A model generated the notes under the pieces. That model worked only from the letters and a program-made list of their open reading frames with translations. It had not been told where the DNA came from and did not search any database. From Octopus sinensis (taxonomy: Eukaryota): DNA of 64,000 nucleotides. The translations under genes and the position numbers were made by a program. Where the stretch lies: positions 40,610,001 through 40,674,000 of the forward strand of contig NC_043006.1 of the NCBI RefSeq assembly GCF_006345805.1. Reading direction: 5' to 3'. Position 1 is the first letter of the stretch; every line of letters begins with the position of its first letter. Of this stretch, positions 25,411 to 38,400 are shown in pieces.

Positions 25411-28400
25411 GTATATGGGGTGCGATTGGTAAATTGTCACCATTTTATATTTTTAATTTCGTGCATGCGCATTGTTTGTTTTTGACTTTGTCGACTACAC
25501 AGTATAGTAGGGTCAGTTGGGCACCGTTTGTGAGGAAAATAGCACCGCGACGCAATTTACTCTGTCAGAATTTCGGAAACGATACGCTGTAGTGCTTGGC
25601 ATTCGCACTGGAAGCTCCAATACGATAATTTCAGTTTGGCTGTCAATCTGAGGACATGTACCGAGAGTGATAAAAATCAAACATCCAGTCAACATGATGG
25701 TGTTTGGAGTGATCACTAGTGATGGCGACGTTATGCGTCCAGTCATCTTACAACATGGCCTCAGACTCAACACTTGATTATTATGTGTGGGAAGCAGTTG
25801 AGTGAGAGACCAACAAAACTGCTTGTAACACAAAAGCTGAAATGACGGCAAGGATTATGGCAGCATTCACCAACTTATACAAGGAGACTGTCCTGAAGAG
25901 CTGCAGAAGATTCTGAAGTCATCTGGTGGCCGTGGTTGAAGCCAATGGCGATTTTATTGAATAAATTTACTCTTTAGTATTTCAAGATATCGTTATGTAA
26001 TCATCATCATCATCATTTAGCGTCCGCTTTCCATGCTAGCATGGGTTGGACGGGTCAACTGGGGTCTGTGAAGCTGGAAGGCTTCGTCAGGCCCAGTCAG
26101 ATCTGGCAGTGTTTCTACGGCTGGATGCCCTTCCTAACACCAACCACTCCGCGAGTGTAGTGGGTGTTTTTTACGTGCCACCTGCACAGGTGCCAGACAG
26201 AGCTGGCGAACGGCCACGAACGGATGGTGCTTTTACGTGTCACCGGCACGGGGCCAGGCAATGTTGGCAACGGACACGAACGGATGGTGCTTTTACGTGC
26301 CACCGACACGGGGCCAGACAGAGCTGGCAAACGGCCACGAACGGACGGTGCTTTTACGTGTCACCGGCACGGGGGCCAGCCGAGGCTGGCAACGAACACG
26401 AACGGATGGTGCTTTTACGTGCCACTGACACGGGGCCAGACAGAGCTGGCAAACAACCACGAACGGACGGTGCTTTTACGTGTCACCGACACGGTTGCCA
26501 GACAAAGCTGGCAAACGGCCACGAATGGACAGTGCTTTTACGTGTCACCGGCACGGGGGCCAGCCGAGGCTGGCAACGGACACGAACGGATGGTGCTTTT
26601 ACGTGCCACCGACACGGTTGCCAGACAGAGCTGGCAAACGGCCACGAATGGACAGTGCTTTTACGTGTCACCGGCACGGGGGCCAGCCGAGGCTGGCAAC
26701 GGACACGAACGGATGGTGCTTTTACGTGCCACCGACACGGGGCCAGACAGAGCTGGCAAACGACCACGAACGGACGGTGCTTTTACGTGTCACCAGCACG
26801 GGGGCCAGCCGAGGCTGGGCCAACGGACACGAACGGATGGTGCTTTTACGTGCCACCGACACGGTTGCCAGACATAGCTGGCAAACGGCCACGAATGGAC
26901 AGTGCTTTTACGTGTCACCGGCACGGGGGCCAGCCGAGGCTGGCAACGGACACAAATGGATAATGCTTTTACGGGGCCAGACAGAGCTGGCAAACGGCCA
27001 CGAGCGAATGGTGCTTTTACGTATCACCGACACGGGTGCCAGACGAGGCTGACAGCGGACACGAACGGATGGGTCACTTAATCTTGGTAAATATGTCCAT
27101 TAGTGGTTCAGCAAAAGAGACTGGTAGAATAAGTACCAGGTTTACAGAGAATGCCATGTGATAAGTGCTGGTGTCACATAAACACTAATGAATGTGCCAT
27201 ATAATAAGTGCTGGTGTCACACAAAGCAGCGATGAATGTGCCATATAATAAGTGCTGGTGTCACATAAAAAGCACTGATGAATGTACCATGTAATAAGTG
27301 CTTGTGCCACATAAAAAGCACTGATGAATATGCCATATAATAAGTGCTGGTTCCACATAAAAAGCACTGATGAATGTGCCATATAATAAGTGCTGGTGCC
27401 ACATAAAAAGCACTGATGAATGTGCCATATAATAAGTGCTGGTGCCACATAAAAAACACTGATGAATGTGCCATGTAATAAGTGCTGGTGTCACATAAAA
27501 AGCACTGATGAATGTGCCATGTAATAAGTGCTGGTGCCACATAAAAAGCACTGATGAATGTGCCATGTAATAAGTGCTGGTGCCACATAAAAAGCACTGA
27601 TGAATGTGCCATATAATAAGTGCTGGTGCCACATAAAAAGCACTGATGAATGTGCCATGTAATAAGTGCTGGTGCCACATAAAAAGCACTGATGAATGTG
27701 CCATATAATAAGTGCTGGTGCCACATAAAAAGCACTGATGAATGTGCCATGTAATAAGTGCTGGTGCCACATAAAAAGCACTAATGAATGTGCCATGTAA
27801 TAAGTGCTGGTGCCACATAAAAAGCACTGATGAATGTGCCATATAATAAGTGCTGGTGCCACATAAAAAGCACTGATGAATGTGCCATGTAATAAGTGCT
27901 GGTGCCACATAAAAGGCACTGATGAATGTGCCATATAATAAGTGCTGGTGCCACATAAAAAGCACTGATGAATGTGCCATGTAATAAGTGCTGGTGCCAC
28001 ATAAAAAGCACTGATGAATGTGCCATTAATAAGTGCTGGTGCCACATAAAAAGCACTGATAATGTGCCATATAATAAGTGCTGGTGCCACATAAAAAGCA
28101 CTGAATGAATGTGCCATGTAATAAGTGCTGGTGCCACATAAAAAGCACTGATGAATGTGCCATATAATAAGTGCTGGTGCCACATAAAAAGCACTGATGA
28201 ATGTGCCATATAATAAGTGCTGGTACCACATAAAAAGCACTGATGAATGTGCCATGTAATAAGTGCTGGTGCCACATAAAAAGCATCCAGTTACACTCCA
28301 TAAAGTTGTTGGTGTTAGGAATGGCATCAAGCTGTAGAAACCGTACCAAAACAGAAAATGGAACCTGGTGCAGCATGTGAGTTTGCCAGCTCCTATCAAA

Positions 28401-31400
28401 GAGTACAATCCATGGTAGTATTGAAAACAGGCATAAGATGTTGATGTTGAATCTGTATATCTTAACATGGATTTATTAACTGAAATTCCACAACGCTGCA
28501 GTAGTCACCTTGGCAAGGCATCTTGTATAGATATGGTGCTAAAAAGCACAGAATTATCAATAGCAGACTTCTATTTCTGTACTTTTTAATGCTATACATT
28601 GACCCTAGGGCTATAGTAGAATTGCCCAAGATGGCATGCAGTAGGACTAAACCTGAGACCACATGGTTGGGAAGATAACTTTTCAGCCACACAGCAATGC
28701 CCATCTCTGCAGTGACAGAAAATATCCTTTCTTGATTCCTTTTTTTTTTTTACCTTTCTGTGTTTTTTATTTTTCATTATTTCATTATTATATTTACAGA
28801 ACTGTTGAAGAAGTCAAAAAGGTTCTAACTTATGCTAAAATACAACCATCTGAATTCAAACCATTTGTACAATGTATCAACTTCTCTGAAAGTCTTGAGA
28901 ATGAGAACCTCAAACTTTTGGAAATCGATGCATCCATCATGGACTCCCTTGTTGAAGGACAACAGTGAGTAGCATTGCATTCTATTTCAGGTCTGGGATT
29001 TTATATTTTTTGAACGTTTTCTACAAGATCATCATTATAACATCTATTTTACCATGTATGTCTGGGTCAGATGGAATTTGTGCCCAAGTAAAGTAATGTT
29101 TCTCCATGGCCTAAACATATCTTTATGGCAACTGAGATATGAAGGACACCTGCTACATGACAGTGACACTTGGTTACAGCCATCATGTGAAGTAAAGAAG
29201 TAAAATACACATACACACATGATGGGCTTCTTTCAGTTTCCATCTATCAAATTCATTCACAATGCTTTGGTCAGCCCACTGCCATAGCAGAAGACACTTG
29301 CTCAATTAATTTTAAATATAACAATTCTTTGTTATATTTAAAATCAATTGAAAGAAACACAGTATCTTAACAGAAATATGGTAACAAAATGGTTAAAATA
29401 TATAATAGGAAAACAATTCTTAACCCTTTTGATACCAACCTGGCTGAAACCGCTTCTGGCTCTGAGTACAAATGTCTTGTTTTCATAATTTTGAATAAAA
29501 ATCTCCCACCAAACCTTAGTCACAATTTATGTTCCTGACACTAGCTTAATATAACTAAGTTATTTTACTAAATTCTTTGTTATATTTATAATTGATTGAA
29601 AGAAACACAGAACATCTCAAAATAAATACAGTAATGGAAGGGTTAAATTGACAGGGTGTTCATGGGTGAGATGCCTTTGATCAGGTCTGGTCTTGGCCTG
29701 CATGGTAACATCGGCATTGTATTAATTCCTTTCGCCTTAGTCTTTGGGTTCTTTTAGCAGAGTTCACTTTGTTGCAAGCATTGGGAGCAGGCTCTACAAC
29801 ATCCTGTGTCGCAGAAGACCTTACCAATTCATGCCAGCATGTAAAATGTTGCTGGTGATGACGATGAGGGTTCATTTATTATCTATTTTCCATCCTGGCT
29901 TGGCTCGGATGGTTTGGCAGGAGATGGTAAGGCCAAAGAGCTGCACCAGGCTCCAATTGTCTGTTTTTGCAAAGTTCCTACAGCTGGACGTGCCCTTACC
30001 AACACCAACCACTTTACAGAGTGTTCTGGCTGCTTTTTACATGGCTCCAACACAGCTGTTTTTTTATGTGGAACCAGGGGTAGTTTTTACAGGACACCAG
30101 CTCCAGTGGGGTCACCAAGTATTACTATTGTGATTGTATTAATTTGGTTTTCAAAGCTCCATTGTAATTTCCCTTTTAAATTTTCTGCTTGATCCTTTAT
30201 TACCTCCCCTTCTCTTTTACTCATAGAGTTGTTATCCGTGGTGACAAAGCAGATGGAGCTGTACTCTGTACAGAAGAGAAGACGTATGAACTAAAAGAAG
30301 CAGAAACCTCCAATTCTTTACTCATCTTGCCAGACTGTGTCACAGATAATCTGACTTCTGATGGAGAATTAACTATAAATCATCTTCAGGTAAATTCTTT
30401 GTTCATTTGTCTTTGGTTTTATTTCCTGTGTGAAAGGCAGACTAAAACTTCTGAATACTGAAGATTAGTTACCATCAATATTATTATTAATACAGTTCTG
30501 TATTTAAGAGATGAGGAATTATGTACACTATTTACATTTGATGGATATTTGTCCTCATCTTGTTGGAGCCTGGCCAGCTCCTGTCAAAACCATCCAACCC
30601 ATGCCAGCATGGAAAATGGATGTTAAACGATGATGATATACTCTTTTACTTGTTTCAGTCATCTGACCGTGGCCATGCTGGAGCACCGGCTTTAGTTGAG
30701 CAAATCGACAACAAATCGGGGGTTGACAAATTAAGTACCACTTGCATACTGGAGTCAATCTAATCGCCTGCCCCCCTCCCCCCCCAAATTTCAGGCATTG
30801 TGCCTAGAGTAGAAAAGATTCATGTGGCATAGTGGTTAAGAGTGCGGGCTGCCAACCCCAATATACCAAGTTCGATTCCAGACAGTGACCTGAATAATAA
30901 TAATAATAATAATGACAACATCGAAAAATACCTTAGGAATGAGAACCCAGGTATGAAATTTCACCTAGACACCTGCTGAAGGCTGGAGGGTATATCAGTC
31001 AAAATGTGTTAACAACAAACAAGATGAGGACAAATATCCCTCAAATGTAAATAATGTACAACAATAATCTTATAATCCATTAGTGCATAGCTGACAGAAT
31101 CATTGGCATGCCGGGCGAAATTCTTAGCGGTATTTTGTCTGCCGTTACGTTCTGAGTTCAAATTCTGCTGAAGTTGACTTTGCCTTTCATCATTTCAGAG
31201 TCTATAAATTAAGTACTAGTTACACACTGGTGTCAATCTAATCAACTGCCCCTCCCCCTCCCTAAAAATTTCAGGCCTTGTGCCTAGAGTAGAAAAGATA
31301 ATATGTATAGGTGATCACCTAATTCTATGAGTATATAAATCTGTTTGCTGCAACAATAATTTTGTAACTCATAGCGTCCAGAAAAATGGGTGCAGGAAAA

Positions 31401-32427
31401 ATTACTGTTACTTGGTAAGTAAACTTCCTATTGAGTTAATTTTTGGTACAGTCTGCCTCTAAACTATTGCTCTATGAGTGAGCAGGCACTGCATACAAAC
31501 AAACCGACTGTACACGGGTACGAATCATCATCATCATCGTTTAACGTCCGCTTTCCATGCTAGCATGGTTGGACGGTTCGACTGGGGTCTGGGAAGCCAG
31601 GAGGCTGCACCAGGCCCAGTCTGATCTGGCAGTGTTTCTACAGCTGGATGCCCTTCCTAACACCAACCACACCGTGAGTGTAGTGGGTGATTTTTACGTG
31701 CCAGGCAAGGCTGGCAACGGCCACGATTGGTTAGTGATTTTTATGTGCCACCAGCATGGAGGCCAGCTGGGGCGGCGCTGGCAACAGCCACGTTCGGATG
31801 GTTCTTTTACTTGCCACCGGCACTGGTAGCACGACTACAATTTCCATTGATTTTTGAGCAATTTCAATTTCGAATTTTTCTTGCATCCATTTTTCTGGAT
31901 GCTATGCATTAATGGGTTAATTCTTAATCTTTATTCATTTGTCAATGTTATGTTCAACAGGTTATTTCTTCATTAAAGACTTACTATGAAATGAAACCCT
32001 GCAAAGCTAAACTGGAAAAACTGCGACATGTGTTGGAAGAAAATATATACAGCGGTCAGGAGTGTGAAGATGATGAAGCACACCAGGGCAAAAAGGTTGA
32101 TTTTGACACCCAGTTTAATATAAATATCTGTGTGTGTGTGTGTGTGTGTGTGTATGAGAGAGAGAACATACTCTTTTACTCTTTACTCTTTTACTTGTTA
32201 CAGTCATTTGACTGCGGCCATGCTGGAGCACCGCCTTTAATCGAGCAACTTGACCCCGGGACTTATTCTTTGTAAGCCCAGTATTTATTCTATCAGTCTC
32301 TTTTGCTGAACCGCTAAGTGACGGGGACATAAACACACCAGCATCGGTTGTCAAGCGATGTCGGGGTGGGACACACACATAAACACAGACATACAAACAC
32401 ACATGCACACACACACACACATATATA

Positions 32428-32488
<61 letters not shown>

Positions 32489-35400
32489 CATATATGCGAC
32501 AGGCTTCTTTCAGTTTCCGTCTACCAAATCCACTCACAAGGCTTTGGTCGGCCTGAGGCTATAGTAGAAGACATTTGCCCAAGGTTCCACGCAGTAGGAC
32601 TGAACCAGGAACCATGTGGTTGGTAAACAAGCTACTTACCACACAGCCACTCCTGCGCCTATGTAGCATATGTGTATGAGATGTTCTGGCACAGCTATTT
32701 TGGTACCGCCTATCTAGCATTTGATTCGATGCTGACTTGTTTGACATCAGACGTTTTGTCCCCTTCTGCTTCTCTCCCTGTATTTGTACACACGTGCTTA
32801 TGAGAGAGAGAGAGAGGGAGGGAGTGTTTATATGTATCTATGCAGTCTATAATGTTTAACTGTATTTATGATATTCCTAGACTCGACATACAGTTTATAA
32901 ATATTACACACTAAAATTTCCAATGGTCCATCATCATTTAGCGTCCATTTGTCCATGCTGGCATGGGTTGGATGGTTTGACCAGGGTTGGCAAGCTGGAA
33001 GGCTGCACCAGACTCCAGTCTACCAAATCCGCTCACAAGGCTTTGGTCAGCCCGACACTATAGTAGAAGACACCTGCCCAAGGTGCCATGCAGTGGGACT
33101 GAACCCAGAACCATGTGGTTGGGAAGCAAGCTACTTACCACACAGCCACTCCTGGACCTATAGAAAACACAAATGAAATGATAATTGATCAATAAAGTTT
33201 ATTAATTTGTGCATCGAATACATTTCATCATCATCATCATCATCATCATTTAGCGTCCGTTTTCCATGCTAGCATGGGTTGGACGGTTCTACTGGGGTCT
33301 GTGAAGCCAGAAGGCTTCATCAGGCCCAGTCAAATCTGGCAGTGTTTCTACGGCTGGATGCCCTACCTAACGCCAACCACTCCGTGAGTGTAGTGGGTGC
33401 TTTTTACGTGCCACCCGCACTGGTGCCAGACAGAGCTGGCAAACGGCCACGAACGGATGGTGCTTTTTATGTGCCACCGGCACGAGGGCCAGGCGAGGCT
33501 GGCAACGGACACGAAACGGGGCGGTGCTGGCAACGGTCGCGAAACGGAAAGTTCTCTTACATGCCACCGGCACTGGTAACACATCTGCAATTTCCATTGA
33601 TCGATTTCGATTCTGATCCTCACTTGCCTCAATGGGTCTTCACAAGCAGCTCTCATATCAAAATTAGAAAATTCTGATAGGAATATGTGTATGTCCACCT
33701 CACCCTCACTTGGTAACCTATGTTGGTTTGTTTATATCCCTTCAACTCGGCAACTTTGGAAAAGAGACCAACAGAATAAATACCAGACTTAAAATTAGTA
33801 CTGGGGTCAATAATCCAATGACCGAAACAACCAAAAGAAGAAATTATGACCAGTAAAATTAGTACTGGGGTCAATAATCCAATGACCGAAACAACCAAAA
33901 GAAGAAATTATGACCAGTAAATCTATACTACATTAAAAATGAAGTTCAATCTTCCTTGCTTGCTTGCAGTGTTACACAGCCAAACTGGTGCATAATGGGA
34001 AAATACCTTGAAAGTAAAGTGCCCCTGAAATGTGAATATAAAACAAGTTTTGTGTAAATCTGACCAGTAGTTATTGAGACATTCAAGGTTTTTGGAGTAT
34101 AAATACCCAAAACAGTGCATAATGGGAAAATACTCTGAAAATAACTTAACCCTGAAAGGAAAGAAACTGTAACCTTTCCATTAGACACATTATGATGGGC
34201 AAAATATTTGAAAATTAACAATATGGTAAATATTTCGTAAAAGACCTGTTTGTAACCTCCATGTGAAATAGCTTTTTTCCATAGGTTTCCAAAGATTTGG
34301 CTGCTATTTCTAGCACACCCTGCTAACATGTAACAACTATTTGTGATAAAGGACAATGAATGCCTGTTATGTGGTAACCCTGGGAAAGGGTTCATTTATG
34401 TGTGATTTCGATATCACATTCACTCAAAGCATGCAAATTAACATGGAAAAGCAAACAAAACCCACAAAACAAAGCTCTGTTGCTGGGAAACCCAACAGAT
34501 TACAGGTAGTCTCGTATTAATAAAAACTTGCCATGTTTCAGACAAAAGATAAATTATATGGAAGATCTGTTTGACAATAAAAAATTTCTTTCCACATTAC
34601 AGTACACCACAGAGGACCTTCTTGATATTGTCCAGGCCAGTGAGAAAGAGCTGTTTGCAGGGTTGAAAAAGTTAAATATTTGTTTTATAAACGGTAAGTA
34701 GTTGTTGCTCCTCATATTTTTGCAGTCTGTCTATCATAGAGTGAACATTATTGAACTATAATTCTAGTGATTGTGGAATAAAGGTATCACTTGGTTTCAC
34801 ATCATAACTTGATCCTTGGATGCTTTCAGTGGATTGCACACTGTGGCAAGCATTTAAAGGTCTCAGGCTGCAGGATAACTGCTTTTCCTTACAGCTTTTC
34901 TTGTATAGTGTCACTGTTTGTTAGGGGATACAAGTAGAAGCGGTTCTCCACCCTGAAGAGAACAACTACCAAGGGCTCAGGTCTTTTGGGTAACAACTCA
35001 AAAAGTATTTTTTCCCATATTTGCTGAATATAAATATATATCTTTGTTTGGCGAGGGTGCCAGTCAATTAGATCGACCCCAGTTCACAACTGGTACTTAA
35101 TTTATCGACCCTGAAAGTATGAAAAGCAAAGTCGACCTCAGTGGAGTTTGAACTCAGAACGTTAAGGCTGATAAATACCACTAAGCATTTCACCCAGTGT
35201 GCTAACGTTTCTTATTTCTTTATTGCCCACAAGGGGATAAACAAGGACAGACAAACGAATTAAGTCAATTACATCGACCTCAGTGTGTAACTGGTACTTA
35301 AGTTATTGACTCTGAAAGGATGAAAGGCAAAGTCAACCTTGGCGGAATTTGAACTCAGAACGTAAGGGCAGACGAAATACCGCTGAACATTTCGCCCGGC

Positions 35401-38400
35401 GTGCTAACGTTTCTGCCAACTCACCACCTTAATGATAATAATAATAATAATAATAATAATAACCTTTCCTACTCTAGGTACAAGGCCCAAAACTTTGGGG
35501 GAGGGGGCCAGTCGATTAGACCGACCCCAGTATGCAACTGGTACTTAATTTATCAACCACAAAAGTATGAAAGGCAAAGTCAACCTCAGTAGAATTTGAA
35601 CTCAGAGTATAAAGACAAATGAAATACCTATTTCTTTATTACCCACAAGGGGCTAAACACAGAGCGGACAAACAAGGACAGACATAGGTATTAAGTCGAT
35701 TACATCGACCCCAGTGTGTAACTGGTACTTAATTTATCGACCCCGAAAGGATGAAAGGCAAAGTCGACCTCGGCGGAATTTGAACTCACAACGTAACGCA
35801 GACGAAATACCGCTAAGCATTTCGCCCGGCGTGCTAACGTTTCTGCCAGCTTGCCGCCTTATATCTTTGTGTAATATTACAGTATATTATGTGATCCATG
35901 TTCAGCTCATCTGACATAGGTGAAAAAAAAACAATACTGTTGACTTTGACCTTTGCCTGACAAATAAATAAGTAAATGAGTGGAAACTTTACCAGTGAGT
36001 GTCATCATCATCATCATCGTTTAACGCCCGCTTTCCATGCTAGCATGGGTTGGACGATTTTGATTGAGGGCTGGCGAACCAGATGGCTGCACCAGGCCCC
36101 AATCTTGATCTGGCAGAGTTTCTACAGCTGGATGCCCTTCCTAACGTCAACCACTCCGAAAGTGTAGTGGGTGCTTTTTACGTGCCACCAGCATGAGGGC
36201 CAGTCAGGCGGTACTGGCAATGACCTCGCTCGAATCTTTTTACACATGCCACCGGCACAGGTGCCAGTAAGGCGACGTTGGTAACGATCATGCTCGAATG
36301 GTGACCTTTTACTTGTCACAAGGCACTAAAGGGGAATGACTCTTATTAGTTTCTTTTTGTTTTCTTTTGATCAGGTTATTGGCGCATGCTTGACTTTGAT
36401 TTCAAAAGTCAGGTTCTTTCCCACGTCTTACAGCTGAGTGAAGAGGAAGACGGCTGGATGGATTCTGGAGTTCCATTGGATGCTTGCTGTCAAATACTTG
36501 AGGAACTTTATCTTAGGTCAGTAGGAGTTATCTATATATATAAAACTGTAGTTGTGTGAGTGTCTGTCCCCTTCGATTTAGATTCCTAACTACTCCCACA
36601 TTTTGCAGTGCAGTTTAACCAAATTCGGGTATCTTATAGTCGTGATTCATATCGAGCCCGTCTGAGTATTAGCGCGCGTCTACGATGAGTCTACGATTTT
36701 AAAAATAATTTAACATAATTTTTTATTCCATTTTAATGCATAATTTTTCGTGTGTCGATGGCGGCGGAGTTGGCGTCCATGGTCACACCTGCACCTGTGT
36801 TGCTTCTCCCCCTTCTTCCCTCCCTCGTGAAGCTGTGGGGAAGGGAGTGTAAGGAAATCAACATCGTAAAGCGTTGTCAAGGAGACCAGCGTTCTTTTAG
36901 AACAACGACTTCATGGCTTGAAGACACCAAAACACAAATGGCTAAGAAAGCCCGAATTGGCATCTATAAGGGAAGTAACTCTCTAAAAATGCTTATATAG
37001 TTATTTCCCTTACAAGCCCGAGCAACGCCGGGCGATACTGCTAGTAAATTATAAAAAGAAACTGAGGTTCATTTACTCAATTCTTCTTCTTGTGCTTATT
37101 ATCATCATCATCATTCTTTTATTCTTATACTTGTTTCAGTCATTTGACTGCAGCCATGCTGGAGCACTGTCTTTAGTCGAGCAAATCGACCTCAGGACTT
37201 ATTCTTTGTAAGCCTAGTACTTATTCTGTCGGTCTCTTTTGCTGAACCGCTAAGTTACGGGGACATAAACACACCAGCATCGATCGGTTGTCAAGCGATG
37301 GTGGGAGGACAAACACAGACACAATCATATACACACACACACATACATGCAAAAATACACATATATATATGCGACAGGCTTTTTTCAGTTTCTGTCTACC
37401 AAATCCACATCCAAGGCTTTGGTCGGCTTGAGGCTATAGTAAAAGACACTTGCCCAAGGTGCCACGCAGTGGGACTGAACCCGGAACCATGTGGTTGGTA
37501 AGCAAGCTACTTACCACACAGCCATTCCTGTGCCTATTAAAAAATATGGAACGCTTCACAAATTTGCGTGTCATCATCATTATTATTTAATGATTGTCCT
37601 CCAATGTTTGGCATGGGTTGGGCAGTTTGACAGGAGGTGGCAAATCAGAAAACTGCGTTTGAGCTGTACTGTTAACTTCGGTATGGTTTGTATGGCTGGG
37701 TGCCCTTCTTGATACCAACCACTTTGGAGAGTGTACAGGATGCTTTTTATGTAGCATCAGCAGTTGTAAGGTCTCCAAGTAACTTGCCAGACATGACACC
37801 TGCAACTGAGTGAGGAGTAGTATTAAGAAAGGTGGCTTTGTGCCTATGCATGTAATTTTTACTATTTTCATATCTGAGCTGTTAAGCCATCTTTTGGATG
37901 TGGTTGCTAAGGTCATTTTCTGAGCTCAATCACCAACTTTCCAATTGACCAAACGATGAAAAAAAAATACAAGGTTGTGTCATTAGGTTTTTTTTTTCAC
38001 TTTTTACCATTTTCTTTGCTTTTGAAGTTAATGAAACATTTTCAATACGGTTTGTTACCTGAAAAATATCAACAAAAAAATAACATCATAGAATAAAATA
38101 TATTTGTGTAAAGTCCTGTTTAACATGTTCAAACCTAAAAGATGGGATAAGAGTCTTTCTCTGCAGAAATAGTTCTAGGGGTGGATTCTCCACCTAGACT
38201 TATGTTAAAATATACATTTTTATTTTGGGCTATGAATGACATCATTGGATTGTAGGATATATGCATTTCTGCGTCTTTCTGCCTCGTCAACTATGGAAAC
38301 CAACTAAGTCACTTACAGCCAAGTAATTTACACAATTATAGAAACATCAAATGGACTGTTTGCTGATGTGTGTACCACTTAATCAGTTAGTCAGGATGAC

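Noticed and set aside
26046-27052. Overlapping 190-305-aa ORFs with repeated CHRHG motifs
   Set aside because: Translation of the ~61/123-bp minisatellite derived from a LINE 3'UTR.
27270-27320. CTGATGA followed by an ATGTG/CACAT stem in each 46-bp unit (tandem hammerhead?)
   Set aside because: The stem is followed by AAAA, not GAAA, in every copy, and there is no room for stem III or an NUH triplet before the next CTGATGA.
26160-28285. CRISPR-like appearance (short palindromic repeats at regular spacing)
   Set aside because: The intervening sequences are repeated rather than unique spacers, there are no cas genes, and the context is a eukaryotic intron.
27185-28468. Long His/Cys-rich ORFs (up to 325 aa) resembling a metal-binding repeat protein
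   Set aside because: They are three-frame translations of a 46-bp satellite lying antisense in a DSCC1 intron, with no splice or codon evidence of a gene.
30823-30895. tRNA-like sequences at SINE heads (also 8997, 44715-44790, 54810, 62195)
   Set aside because: Acceptor stems are incomplete and each continues into a repeat body, so they are SINE heads and not tRNA genes.
33790-33918. Exact 64-bp duplication as a possible functional repeat
   Set aside because: It duplicates a decayed SINE tail; simple slippage or an assembly artefact is sufficient.
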